DNA of 34,089 nucleotides from positions 1 to 34,089 of the forward strand of contig JNEM01012593.1 of NCBI GenBank assembly GCA_000697335.1, read 5' to 3'. Source of the stretch: Conidiobolus incongruus B7586. Lineage: Eukaryota. A program made the position numbers and the translations under genes. Positions 1 through 13,700 of this stretch are shown here, piece by piece; within the stretch, counting starts at the first letter, position 1; every line of letters begins with the position of its first letter. Under the pieces are notes generated by a model. The model worked only from the letters and a program-made list of their open reading frames with translations, was not told the origin of the DNA and ran no database searches.

Positions 1-2560
1 GGCATTCGAATTGGCATTAGAGTTGGAATGAGAGTGTGAGTGCGAATGAGAGTGATGAGGGCGAGGATTGTAATGGCGATTATTTGAGTTGTGGTGATAT
101 TGGTTGTGATGATGGTGAGGGCGGTAATTAGTGTTATGTTGAGGATGATGATCAGGACTTTGATTAGGGTTAGGACCATCAGGAGGGTATCTCATCATGC
201 CTGGTGGAGGCATATATGGCATGTAAGGATGTGGAGGAGGCATGGGAGGTCGGTTAGGAGAGTAGTTGGGATGGTTAGAATCATGATTTTGAGGACGTGG
301 GTAATTTCTGGGAGAACCTTGAGGAGGAACAGGTGGGCTGTAAGGACTAGCTGGCATGAATGGTCCATGAGGAGAATGAGGTCCATGAGCAGGTCCGTTA
401 TTATTAGGAGGAGGTGAGGGATAAACAAAATTTGGATTGTATGGATAAGGAGGGATCATACCAGGGGGAGCTGGACCATACATTTGAGGAGGTCCATAAG
501 GATACATGGGGTGAGGGAAGGGAACAGGATAAGGAGGAGGCATATTTCCAGGATAAGGTGAGCCACTCATATCGGCAGGAGGCATAGGGTAAGGGACGTT
601 GGGATAGGGTTTTTGGGGGGTAGAAGGGAGTTGCCAATGATGAGAAACAGAACCCAATGAAGGAGATGTCTGGAATTTGTTTGAAGAAAGTAGCAAGGAT
701 TTGATAGATACTTTACCTTTAGGAACATTAGGATTAATGGTAAACTCAGGTCCAACGCCGGTAGAAGAAGATTTGGGTTTATGTCCAGGAACAAAGGCTT
801 TAGCAACAGGATTAGGTTTAAATTCTGGAGCTTTAACATTGAATTTAACACTATTGGGGGAATCAGCACCAGTAGCATCAGTTTTCGTAGAAGGTTGGTC
901 TTGAGATGCAGTAGATTCTTTGACTTCCTTGGCATCTTCTTTGGTATCTTCTTTAATAGGTTTAGAATCCTTAGTTTCTTTAGTATCCTTTGAATCTTTA
1001 GCCTTATCTTTAGATATAATCTCCTTCAACGAATCGGGAACAGGGGTATTGAGTTGGAAAGTTTTGCTGAATTTAATCAATTCGGCAACTCGACCATCTT
1101 TATCCTTTTTAAATAAGGCTTTCTTTGTTTGCTGGCATCTCTCTTTTTCAGTGGTTAAAAATTGTCTGAAAGTGCCCATCAATTCTTCTTCAATAGGTTT
1201 GTGTATACGATTATCACCATATAATTTCCTTTCAGTTGTTCTACTTAAAGTGTGAGGAGAGCTGAAAAGTGCAGCAATAGCTTCAACCTTTTTAGTCGAA
1301 ATAGGGGTTCCTGTAATTTTATGCGGCTTGGAAGTTGAGTTTTCGGATGATGTAGTAGAATTGGCAGATGGTTTCGCGGGAGTACTATCAGTTTTCGTAT
1401 CAGCTTTTGTATCAGTCTTAGCATCATTCTTGGCTTCAGCTTTTATATCAGCCTTTGTATCAGATTTAGGAGCTGACGTATCAGGGGTAGTGTTCTTGTT
1501 AACATTGGCACGCTGCTGAGGAGGTATGTACCGATTGGGGTTATCAGTCCTTAAAACAGCACCATATCTTTCTTCTTCATCCATTTGGTCAGGTCCCAAT
1601 TGACCACGCTCTTCCGCAATATGAATATTGTTGGAAGCAGATTTTTGAATTTCATCAGCTAAACGCTGAGCCCTAATTTCTCTTTCCTTGAAATCAGCAC
1701 GAGTACGATCGAGTTTAGTAGTGTAAAGCTCTTCGTTAAAATCAGTTTTAATGCCAAACATTTTTTCATTTACTTCGAATTGGTCCCAATGTTCATCATT
1801 GTTGTTTTGATTCATCTCCCAATCCAAAATTGGATTAGAATCGTCAAGAGGAGCATCAGGAACCCACTGTTGTAAAGTTCGTTCTTTAAGAGGGCCAGTG
1901 GCTCTACTAATATCAGTGTCAGTTTTAAAACCAGTGTTACCCATCTGATAATGGGGACTATTGGGATCATTTGAAGAAATATGTGCCAAATCTTTTTCTA
2001 AAACTGTCATAGTAGGAATACTGTTAGGAAAAGAGTTACTAGAATGTGCTTGAATCCTCTTTGAGTTAGTGAAAATTAATGAAGTTTCGCCTTCAGTTTT
2101 AAGTTCACTAAACATTCCTTCAAACACGTCATTATCTTTCAATGTATAAATAACCGATTTTCCCTAAAAACAAAGTAGGTGATAAAATTAGAAATTAAAA
2201 ATTTTTTTTATGAATGAATAAAATTAATAAAATAAAATTACCACTAATGATGTATAAAAAGAGTTCAAACCTTCTTGGAATTTTTGTTGAAGACCATTTT
2301 CAAAAGAGCTAATAGATGAATTACCGTTTGTTGGAGGAGATTGAGAAGGAGGAGGAGAGAAGTTACTACGGTGACCTACTGTATTGTAACCACCTCTGCT
2401 ACCAAAACCAGTCTGATTCCATTTTCCTCTGCCTCTATAAAAATTCATTACGTATACAGTTTTTGAAAAATAATTTTAAGCAGAAATACCTCTTATTAGT
2501 ATTGTGGTGGTATCCACGATTATTAGTTTTAGCCCCTCTTACACTGCCACCAGTAGACAT
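1..2560 (-). CDS. PBP1: Poly(A)-binding-protein-binding protein Pbp1 / ataxin-2 homolog; 3' end beyond the window's left edge
   Basis: Manual splice: exons 2560-2490, 2434-2242, 2163-<1 with GT-AG introns. Translation gives an Lsm-like region, GFKTDTDISR, LsmAD 'WDQFEVNEKMFGIKTDFNEELYTTKLDR...RAQRLADEI...HIAEERG...DEEERYGAV', 'ELIKFSKTFQLNTPVP', PAM2-like 'KFNVKAPEFKPNPVAKAFVP' and a Pro/His-rich tail. Not in the ORF track, probably because no stop is reached in the window. Confidence 0.93.
787..852 (-). other. Overlapping PAM2-like (PABP MLLE-binding) motifs within Pbp1
   Basis: Encodes SVKFNVKAPEFKPNPVAKAFVP, matching PAM2 xLNxxAxEFxP twice in overlap. Confidence 0.75.
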
Positions 2561-2727
2561 TATTAATACAAGAGAAATTGAAGAATAAAGGGATTAAAAA
2601 ATCAAATTCACTCAATTAAAGCGGTGAATTGAGTGGGTTAATCAATGTAAACTCAAGTTTACTGTGTTCATTCCAAAGAATCCCCACCTTTTTTAATCTT
2701 CATTCTTCACCAATTGACATTTTAATC

Positions 2728-2734
2728 ATGGGAT
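2728..2734 (-). promoter_or_regulatory. Recurrent promoter motif (ATCCCAT on gene strand) ~170 nt upstream of PBP1
   Basis: atgggat on + strand; same core found sense-oriented upstream of the other genes. Confidence 0.5.
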
Positions 2735-5184
2735 TTTTGTAATCCAATAAATTCCAATTTGAATTTCTCCATGTAAATTATGATAAAATTATTTTGCATT
2801 GGATATAAGCATATCAAAAATATTAATCAGTGAAGTATAACTGATATATCACTTTTGTATATATTATATATCAGTGAACAAAATTTGATTATATAATATA
2901 TGTTACTTGTAATAATATCATTACTATTTGTTATAATTTAAACTATTATTAATTAGCCCTGATAAAAATTTTAATTTAAAAGAGATTTAGATTATTTAAT
3001 TATAAACTAAAAAGTTTAAGATAATATCGATTATTATAAACTTTATTAATATATCATTCGATTTATTAATTTATATATATCAAAATCCATATATATATAA
3101 TCCAAAATGAAAATACTACATTATAATCTTACTAGCAATATCTATTTGAATATTGTATCAAATTAAGACAACATTTCATTACATCACAATTTATAGATTC
3201 ATTATTATGAGAATAATTTGTTTGATTGTATTTTAAATTTATCACATCAAAATAATGAATACACCCATTTAATAATATAGAAATTATTATATTTTAGAAA
3301 AAAATAATTTAACCCATTGTTATGAATATATTAATTGATTATTTCATTTTTTTGATACAGTCAAGCCATTGAATAACATACGATTATTTAATTATAAACA
3401 ATCTTCAAAACGAGCAAAGTAATGCATATCACATATTGCCACCATCGAACTCAATACCACAAACATATTTATTAAAGCCGAAAAATCAAGAATAATTATT
3501 TCAGTACCCAAGCTATTATTTACATTTTTGAAAGTTGGCCAATATTTCAACTCCAATCTGATAAACATTCTAGATGTAGTAATACGACCCCAAACCTACC
3601 AATTAGAGATTATTATGGGTTGATTCTTTAAGGAGAATCACCTTAATTTATCCCTGATGCTTTATTGGTCACTTTTCTAGTTTTTCAATATGAATTACCC
3701 TGTTAAAATGCACAGTTGAAATTTGTCAAAATTATTATATCCGCCTTTTTTTGAAAAAACAACTTAGGATATATTATGATAGGGTTAATTATTGTATCTG
3801 AAATTATAATATTATTATTCTAATAAAATATTCTTGGATTTGATTAATAAATATTAAAGCTTTTTTCATATTATATAAACTGTAGTCACAATTATTTGGA
3901 ATATTTTTGTCCAATTAGTTAATTGTTAATTTAATTGATTGATTATAGCTCTATGATTTTAATAGGTTAATCTATAATTCCTCCTTAATCTCAGATCTTA
4001 CCATTCCTCTTTGTGTTATAATAGAGGAATCAAGTAATAATGTTTGATATATTTTTGTTAATTTAATTATATGGAGTCAAATTATTTAATTTTCATTATT
4101 GCGCTGGGAAGCTAAATTAATTCAGTTTTTTTATTAATAAATTAGCGAAACTCAATATTTTTTTAATTATTAAATTTTGTATAATTATCAAACTGTTCAT
4201 ATGGATCTCAGTTAATTGATTCAATAATTTTTATTCTAATAATTTAATAATGGCAGAGTGATATATAATATATAATATTTATTTGAACTACCAAACATTG
4301 TAAAATAAGTGATAATTGTTAAATACAAAACTGAGGATAATAAACTTGAACAATTAGTGGGTAATCTAAGCTTGACGGCAATTCATTTGGGAAAAGTTTT
4401 AATATAATCTGTAGTTTAACATATTATTGGTGTTGATAATATTTCAGTAATTGAGAAATTTATTTAATTTTACAACTTAGATCAAATTCTTGATAATTAG
4501 AAAGCATATTTTGAAAATTATCTTATTCAAATTTATATTACCAATATCATTTGTATTTCTATATTCGAATCATTTTCTCTTTATAATATCCACAGATTAT
4601 TTCTGGTAATTATATTATTCTAATTATTTGTTGCAAATAAATTGATATGGCAATTAGTTAGAAACCAATATTCAAATTTTTCAATCAAAACTCAATTCAA
4701 ACCGACTAATATGATTAACTGTTGGAGATCTATTCATTATTAAATTAACAAAATGAGCTGTTTTATTAAAAATAAAATTAATCTTAGTAACAATTATAAA
4801 ATCTTCAATTTCAAATTAAACTAATATAATCTAACTCAAATTTTTAAAAATGTAGTAGAATTCAGTTATCTTTGGCATAAATCTTTGTTTAATATATATA
4901 TATTTTCTAAAATCTAATAATACGAGTTACTTTGAATTAAATCTTAATTCATTGAGTATTATGTCAATTTCAAATCATTTTCTTATCCAAAATAAATATC
5001 ACTTTGCAGTTACTAAAGTTAAATAAATTAAACAGAGCAATATATTAAAACCATATAATTTTTATGCTGTATCATTTACTTTAATATCATTCTTTAGTTA
5101 TATATCGCATTATCCAAAATATCAATTATATTTTCATCTCTAAAATAACAAGAACAAGACCCATCAAAAACATCCAAAAGGCGG

Positions 5185-5193
5185 TCCCATAAT
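5185..5193 (+). promoter_or_regulatory. Recurrent promoter motif TCCCATAAT ~180 nt upstream of SGF73
   Basis: Seen directly; shared core. Confidence 0.55.
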
Positions 5194-5370
5194 AACTTTC
5201 AAATCCTCTGCATAAATTATATTTGGTTAGACAAGTCAATTTCAATTTAAAGTAATAAAAACATAGCATTACTATACCAATTCAAAAACCATATATTAAT
5301 CAACCTTAATATAGCAAAATTTTTAAATTCAACAGAGTATATATTTTATTTTATTGAATTAATTGAGAAT

Positions 5371-6732
5371 ATGTCAGACACTAGAGGTAATTTATTAAAA
5401 ATTAATTTTATTCAAATTTGGACTTATAGGTTTTAGAAGAAGTATGCAGGACCGCTTCGAAACGACCTCCTGGTCAAGTTCCAGATACTCCAAGCTCTAA
5501 TCCTAAAACCAAAAAGAAACAAACGACAGGGTCGTATCTTAAAAAGAGTATATGCGAATTTCGCATCAACCCTAAAAAATATTGATTAATATAAAAATTT
5601 AGAAAAAGAGATGAATCCTTTGGACAAGATAGACAGTTCGTACCTATCACAATCGTGGGCACCGTTAGTCACGGAGCAGACTGCACAAGTATTTAGCAAG
5701 GAAAGGGATTGGAAGGCGATATCCATGAAAATGTCCAAACCTAAGAGGAGTTTACATGCTACCTACAAGCGTAACATTCCACAAAGTAATTTTTTATATT
5801 GATTTCAAAAACTACGTTTTAAGAAATATTTTGATATAGTTTTAAATAATTTAAATCTGAAGAGAGTACCTATATTTTCAGTTGTCGAAAATGCATACTT
5901 GGTAATTTGTCATAAATAGTAAATTGATTAATATTAACCAATTTGATTTGATAGCCCTATTGTTTGGAACTACCTAACCCCGACGAAATTCCTTCCACTA
6001 TAGCGCCTTTGGATCAGGACGAATTCTATTCCGGGATGAACGATTCTCAACATAATAATGATATTAATTTAGAGGACGATTCAAGTAATAAGCTGTTGTT
6101 TGTTGTTAGATTGGTGTTGATTGACTAATTGGTTTTAGATACTAAAAAGAAATCCAAAAAAGATTCTAAATCGAAGCGGAAACCTGCTAAACCTAAAATA
6201 GTGGGTAAGTATCTTATCTATTGGTCGTACTCTGTCAGATTAATAAATACTCTCTCATCCTGCAGGACCTGTTGATCTGGAACGCCAATGTGGTGTTATA
6301 GGACCGGATGGCAAGCCATGTCTCAGAACCATTACATGTAAGACGCACTCTGTAGCTCTCAAGAGAGCAGTCATGGGAAGATCCACGACGTATGATGATC
6401 TAGTGCGCAAATATAACCAAAACAACGCTAAATTAAAAGGTAACAACGCTCTCACATCCCATATTGTTTCACATATCTCATCTCTCCACTTAGCTGAACA
6501 ACTCAAATCCCAAAACAAAACAGACCACAATACACACACCGTACAACTTAAAGAAATCGAGGAAGAAAGCGACTATGACTCAGACAAAGAACTTGAAATC
6601 ATCCTACAATGCCTCCGTAATCGCAATCTCCAACCCGTCGCAAGTCGCCCGTTGTTCAACAACCGGAGCAACTACCAGAATTATATCATGCGCAGTATGA
6701 TTTCCAGTAGTTTGAAGGATTTGCCAAAGTAG
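5371..6732 (+). CDS. SGF73: SAGA-associated factor 73 / ataxin-7 homolog (SCA7 zinc-binding domain)
   Basis: Last exon 6266-6732 reads GPVDLERQCGVIGPDGKPCLRTITCKTHSVALKRAVMGRSTTYDDL (SCA7 domain), then 'DSDKELEIILQCL...PVASRPLF'. Putative upstream exons 5371-5386, 5437-5547, 5603-5785, 5840-5901, 5955-6084, 6139-6204; the 5' exon structure is less certain. Confidence 0.88.
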
Positions 6733-7118
6733 TCTAAAATGTGTATTTTTATTTAATATTAATAAGGATTGATGTATGGTATTTGATGTGATTAGATTTT
6801 TTATGTTGGATTAATTAATAGTTTATTGAGTATCTTATAATTATTCACAATTAAAAGTGAGGGAATTTTGTGACTGACAATTTAATTCCAAATAAAAATT
6901 TCATCAATATAATCAACTTTTAATTGAATTAAAATTAATTTGTCTATAGTTTATTCAATCAATTGATAATATCATTTAAAAATATATTTTGTAACCTAAT
7001 ATTTAGTATCAACTTTAATAATTATAATGATTTTATAATATTATTATTTTTATCTTTATTAATTTAATCCATCATTTCCGATTTAATTTTAGAATATGTA
7101 CAAACTTTTACCCTGATT

Positions 7119-7137
7119 TTCTCATAATATATGACGT
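7119..7137 (+). promoter_or_regulatory. Motif variant TTCTCATAAT plus adjacent CRE-like TGACGT upstream of the epimerase gene
   Basis: ttctcataat 7119-7128 and tgacgt 7132-7137, ~90-105 nt before ATG 7224. Confidence 0.35.
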
Positions 7138-7223
7138 AACTTCAATTACATTATTATTATTCCTATTTTCTAAAATTTACCAGTTAATCTTTGTTATTCA
7201 ATCAATAAAATCAATACAACAAA

Positions 7224-8255
7224 ATGGTAGTTCAATTACAATCCAATCCTGATAGAGTTGTCATTCAAGCTTACAACAGTGATTGTGAAATTAATTTATT
7301 TGGAGCAACTGTTACCAGTTGGAAACTGAATAATTTGGATATTTTATTTTTGAGGTAATATTAATAGAATATATAGATATTGATATATTAATTCATTGGT
7401 TATTAGTAAGAAGGCACATTTAGACGGAAGCAAAGCTATTCGTGGAGGGTAAATTATACATTAATGATAATTTTTTATGGCTGATGATGAGCTGTTTAGT
7501 ATTCCTTTAGTTTTTCCTCAATTTGGTACTGTTGAACCTCCTAACCCCGCTCACAAATTGCCTAGTCACGGTATGTTAACAACCCTTGTATAAAGGTATA
7601 CATTTAATGTTTTATTTGAACAGGTTTCGCTAGATTAGTCAAGTGGAAGTATATCCAATCCAGTAGGGACGACTCAGCCAGTTTTGAACTCGATTCTGAA
7701 GCTGTTAAGAGTCAAAGACCCGACTTAGCAGAGTTGTGGCCTTACAAGTTTAGATTGGTGTATACTGTCACAGTTGGTACCAACACTCTCCAAACTGATT
7801 TAGAAATCAAGAATTTGGACACGGAATCCATTCTGGTGACCCCCTTACTCCACACTTACTTCAACATTGGCGATATTACCCAAACCAAGGTCAGAGGCTT
7901 AAATTCGTTGAAATTCGTGGATAAGGTGGACCTTCACGACGAACCCCCCAAGGAATTGAGGGATGAAGTGGATTTCCCCAAGGAAGTCGATCGTGTCTAC
8001 ATTGGTGGGGGTCAAAGCGATTTGGAACTCATCGCTGGCAGCCAACCCTATAAGTCCATCACCATCAAATCTAACCACCTCGACGATGCGGTAGTTTGGA
8101 ATCCCTGGATCGCCAAATCTGAAGCCCTCAAGGATATGCACCAAGATGGCTACAAGGAATTCTGCTGCGTCGAACTTGGTCAAGTCAATACTCCCCACGA
8201 ACTTCAGCACAATGAAGCCATCGTCATTGGTCAAGTGTTAACCGCTAACTTTTAG
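7224..8255 (+). CDS. Glucose-6-phosphate 1-epimerase (aldose 1-epimerase / galactose mutarotase-like; yeast YMR099C-like)
   Basis: Exons 7224-7354, 7407-7448, 7500-7570, 7624-8255. Motifs FGATVTSW, LDGSKAIRGGIPLVFPQFG, HGFAR, LHTYF, EVDRVY, VVWNPW, FCCVE. Confidence 0.93.
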
Positions 8256-9539
8256 TAATTATTATTAATGAATTGTTTCATGATTATATGAGGTTTTAAT
8301 CTCTTGTTTTTTATTAGTTACACTTCTAAAATTTGAGTTTGGAGTTGAATTGATCCAATTGATGTGTTTGTACTAGGACCCAATTTGGTACAATTCTCAA
8401 TAATCTACAATGAGTTACTTATTTTTAACCAAAATATTCAGAAAATCTTAACTTTGAAATTTAAAACCCAATTAACATGATAAACCTATTCTAACCTTTA
8501 TTGATAGGATGTTTCTATTTCACTTTCAATATTTTACATCTGATTAATTAATTAATTATACAAATTTTTAAGAATGAATATTTTTACCTAAGTTTGGTTA
8601 ATTAAATACGTTTAAATACTATTATAAATATACTTAACTAAATTGAATAAAATTTGAAAAAAATATCTTTTTTTGTTCGGGTTTATAATAACAAAATCAA
8701 TAATATTTTTTTATTTTCTATATTATATGCCAAATAAATAAAATAATAATTTGTTTTTGATATTGATAAAAATTTATTACAGTTTATCCTAGTTAGGTAT
8801 AGTGAAAAAAAAATTCTAAAAATATGAAGGTAGTATATTTACTCTAATAAAATTTCATAAACAAATGAAATTAATTATTAATTTCTATATCATGAAGTTT
8901 AGGTTAATACCTAAGTTTTTCAATGATAGAATTATTTAATATACCTAAGAATTTACTTGAGTTAGTATTTAGATATTTTATATAAAATAGTATTGAAATT
9001 AAGATAGTAAAAAGTGAATTGGTTATGTACTAATAATATTATAATATCAAAAGAATTCCAAAAATTGATAATTACATCTGATACAAACTATAATTATTGG
9101 AGTTGTTATATATTATGTATATTATAAAATTTCATAAATATTAATTTTTTTACATAATTTTTATCATTTTCTTTTACAAGATTTGTTTCAAATTTTAAAT
9201 TGATTGAAAAAAATATGTTATAATAGGTTAATATTTAAATATATTTATTATATATTTTAAACTAATATTTGTTTTTTAATTATTCAAAATAGATATTTTT
9301 TAAAAATAATAAATGTTTGGTGATTTTTAAGTTTTTTTGCCAATATTATTGTTATACCTGATGATTTGAAAAAATTATATAGATATGCTTTTAAATTAAT
9401 AGAATAATTAGTAATAATTATAATTTAAAAATTTTAAATAATTTGGTATAGAGTGGAAATTTAGATTGTTATTAATAATCCCATAAGTATCAAAATTCCA
9501 TATGGTATATTTAAAATATGATTTCTAATTTTTCATTGA

Positions 9540-10080
9540 AGGACCTTAGTAAGTCCTTAAACTGCTAACACCATTCCATACCCCATAATACCATTTACAA
9601 TCCCCTCCCACTCTTGAGTATACTGTTATTACTACATCCCCAATAACTCCCAATACAAACAAAACCCTTAACTCTGGAACCGTATCTTTGGGTGGATCCC
9701 ACAAGTTACGGATCAATATATTCTGCAAAATATCGCTTTTATTCGTCCTTAGGTCTAATAAAATTTTCTTCATTCAATTTTTCATTGAATAACTTAATTA
9801 TGAATTTGATGTGTTGTCAATCCTAATCTCTTCACACTTTCAATTATGTGGTCAAGATAAACCGATTGACAACAGCTACATCACCATGCTTCATATCATA
9901 TTCTAATCCAACAAGGTACGTTAAGCCACCATATCCCAAGCAGTACATGACGAGATACACCTTCGAAAAAATATATAGGAAGTGCCGTCTTAGCTACTCC
10001 TTAGTAACCACGCCTCAAAATATCCTAATGGGGACTCTTTGTGGCCTTTGGAAAGCGTTGACGTCTTGGTAGTTTCTGAA
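9540..10080. pseudogene. Unidentified decayed coding-like island
   Basis: Visibly higher GC than flanks; only short ORFs and multiple stops on both strands; family not recognised. Confidence 0.3.
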
Positions 10081-10543
10081 AATATTTTTCTGTTATTATA
10101 ATTTAATTATTTTATGTTTGATCTAGTTGGACTAACCTTATTCTTTATTTAGGTAATTTGTTTAGGTTGAAAATAATGCAGATAATTTTATGGATTTGAA
10201 TAATAAAATAATGAATCATGTTAATATAATTATTTTTCCTTTGTTTTTACTTTATATATCGATTAATCCTTTATCTAGTAATATTTTTGATTCGAATTAA
10301 TATAAATTTTTCACAAAATCTTAGAATTTTTTGCATTAATTTCCCAAAATCGATAATAAATATATCATAGTAATTTTAATTATTTTTTCCTTTTATCCAC
10401 TAATAATAATAATTGATTATTTAATTCTTTCAACATAACAATAGTTATATTATATAATTACCCTTCATATTATTCTAAAAATCCTTTATATTTTTAACCA
10501 TTGTCATTATTTCAATAAGTGAAACAAAGAAATAACAAAAAAT

Positions 10544-10551
10544 TCCCATAA
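10544..10551 (+). promoter_or_regulatory. Recurrent promoter motif TCCCATAA ~245 nt upstream of NUP133
   Basis: aattcccataaatt. Confidence 0.45.
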
Positions 10552-10792
10552 ATTTACTGAATTTCAAATGATATAAATTAAATTGAATGAAATAGAATCA
10601 GTCACATATTTGTGAATTAATTTAAATATTTAATATTATATACAATTGGGAAATATACTTTTTGTTAGTCATAATTATATTATTTTTTATTAGTGTTTTT
10701 AGATAGTTAATAATATAGCTATACTTTTTTAAGTTTTTTAATTTCAAATTTTTTTAATCAGCCTCATAATTTCAGTTTAATATAAATCAAAA

Positions 10793-13700
10793 ATGTTTAA
10801 TAATAAACTAAGTTTGAAACGAGCTCCGCAATCCCCAACTCCATCCACATTAAACTACACTCAGTCGCAAGCATCGTCAAGAGAGTCCCGATCCCCTAGT
10901 GGTACAAGCACGCCTAGGACCCAATCTCCAAAATTTCTTTCACCTACTCATGTACCCAACGATCGACGCCTTCCTACTAATATATCATACGATGACGACA
11001 ATAACGAAATTTATAACAATTCCAAATTGGCCATTAAACAGTACGATCCAAGTTTAGGAATTCAAGTGATGATAAAAGGTATTTAACAAATAATATGTAT
11101 TAATCCGATATTTACACTGAATAGATATCAACCAATTTCGTCGAGAACTTACTCAATACCTCATCAATTATGACCCCAGTTGGAATTATTTCACCTTGAC
11201 AACTTGTGACCAACTGTCTGTGTACAATAACGACAAAATTGAAGTAAATAATTCATATTATTCATTTATATTATCATTAATCTTTGCTAGTTTAAACCCA
11301 TAACAATTCCAATAAGGCCTCAATCCCAGCCACCTCTAAGTTTACCGTTACAAACTAATAAGAGCCAATTTCCAATTGTTGCAATATGTTCACAGTTTGG
11401 TGAATTTAGTATTTACGATTCTAAACCCAACAATCCGCTACTACAAACATACACTACCATCCAAACCATTAAATTAAATTTACTACGTGATGAAATTGTC
11501 AGAGAATTAAAACAGTTGGATGTACTTTAAATATATTATAACATACTATATATTACATATTATATTAATTGAGGTTTTAGAAATTGAAAATTATTTTAGC
11601 TACGAATTGTCGATTATTATTAATTACCTTAAATTCAGATTTTAATATTTTACATGTGGATTATGAATTGGTAATTAATTATTTACTATTAAAATTTATT
11701 GCTAATTTTATTTTTTAGCTGGAAGACAATTTTCTAAATTTAGATAGTCAATTGATAAGTTGGAATTTATTAAATTCTACTACTAATCCAAAGTAATAAT
11801 AATAATAATAATAATTACAATTTTTAAAATTATTATTTAATTAATAATGTTGAATTAGGTCAAAAAATTTGATAATGATCTTTACAAATATGTTTTATTA
11901 TGGCAATTTGGACGAAAATGGATATCATGTAAATTTCATTTTTCAAAATTAGTTATTTTTATTTATTATTATTTTTAGATCAGTTACCAATCCAATTCTA
12001 TGATTCAAACAATCCAAGAAAAATTATCCTCTTCCTCTAATTCCGATAATTTTAAAATTCTAGATATAACCTTAGAGAAAGTAGATGTGATAAAGTAATT
12101 AGTCATTTATAAATTGTTATCATAAATATTAATTATTTCCTAGTGATCAAGAATTCATAATCTTAATTAAATGCAAGGGTTATAATCAACCCAAGAATGA
12201 GGATTTGGAATCTATGGATGATGAAGAAAGCCCAACATCGTCACTAAATTCTCACTCTGATTGGAATATTGAGAATGATCCCACTACAAAATTGGGTATT
12301 TGTCACTTTTTTTGTAATATGAATCAGGTGTCATTACTCACTGCTTCGTTGATTAATAATTCTGATAAGGTAATTGGTATTTTGAGACGTTAATTAACAA
12401 TATGGTAATTGTGTATAATTCAGGTTATGAAATCTATCGATTCTGACAATCCTAATTTTCAATTGAGTTCAATATATCCCGATATTGCTGTCATTATCGT
12501 ATCCAAACGTTATATCATTTTAAAGGAATTAACACAAGGTAAAATCCTTATTGCATATCCAATTATTAACACTTCATAATTGATTTATATTATCCATAGA
12601 TACGATCAGTTACCATTCACACCGTCATCAATCGTGGTTAGGTGATGATATTTTACCTTTTACAATCTATCCAGAGATTTTGATAGCTTTTACAAATTCT
12701 GGAAAATTCAAAGTGTTGGGTTTAGGCAGTGGTAATTTAGAATTTTCGGAAAATATTACTAGGTAATTGAAATGCAGTATATTGATAATTGATATTAATA
12801 GTATAAGTTTAGTACTCAGAGTTCCCTCAAGGATTCTAATAGTTGGAGTATCAATAATGATGTAAATTAAATTTCATTAAATTTGTCAACGTATTAATTT
12901 AAATAATTTAGACGATAAAAATATCACATTTGAAGAACTTAATGGAATGCCATTTTAAGCAAATGGAACAACCCAATGTAACTCATTATATTTATGTTAT
13001 TATATTGATATTAATCCATTTTAGAATCCAATCAATTTCTTAACAATGTTAGAATGGAATGCAACCGACATCTCTTTGCTGGAAGCTACAGTATTAAAAA
13101 TCGGAGAGGAATTATTACGTGGAGGTAATTTCACCAATATATATTTCATTTATTGTATACTGAAAATTTAATAGTGAGTCCCATATGTCTCAAAACCCTA
13201 AACTACTCGGATCACCTTTACCACAGAGGGCAGATTTTGTTGGAGTTGATGAAAGTATTGAATGCCGATAACCAATTCGACAGAGTAACTATTATCATTG
13301 TTTACAACCATTTTATTACTAAAATTTGAATAGTTTTCTACAGAATGCAAATCCCAACTAAGCAACTGGTGCGAATTATTAATTGGTGGCGATTATTTGA
13401 TTAAGTATTTCAATCCCAAGTAAATTTTATTATTTATTTTTATCATATCATTCTCTAATTATTCTTTAGTTTAAAACGTCCCAAAAGTTTTCCATCCAAA
13501 TACCTTCTAACAGCTATCGAAAATATTTATAAAACTAATAATTTGAATGGGATGCCAAGTATTATGGATTTTTTTATGCATAAGGTAATCACTTTTTTAA
13601 CATTATAGTATTTATGTTAATAATTGAAATAGATTGACTATATTCCCAATTTAATTGGAGAATTTGTAAAGTTTTACAATAAAGATTTCAATGGAAGTCA

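Noticed and set aside
91..2588. Many short ORFs on both strands in the ORF track
   Set aside because: Antisense or off-frame shadows of the low-complexity Pbp1 coding sequence; only 2224..2448 contains a real exon
3400..3660. Stop-free ~60-codon plus frame (HIATIELNTTNIF...) considered as a membrane-protein relic
   Set aside because: No start, no recognisable motif; cannot be supported
5474..8234. Minus-strand ORFs 5474..5662, 6255..6539 and 7899..8234
   Set aside because: Antisense to well-supported SGF73 and epimerase exons
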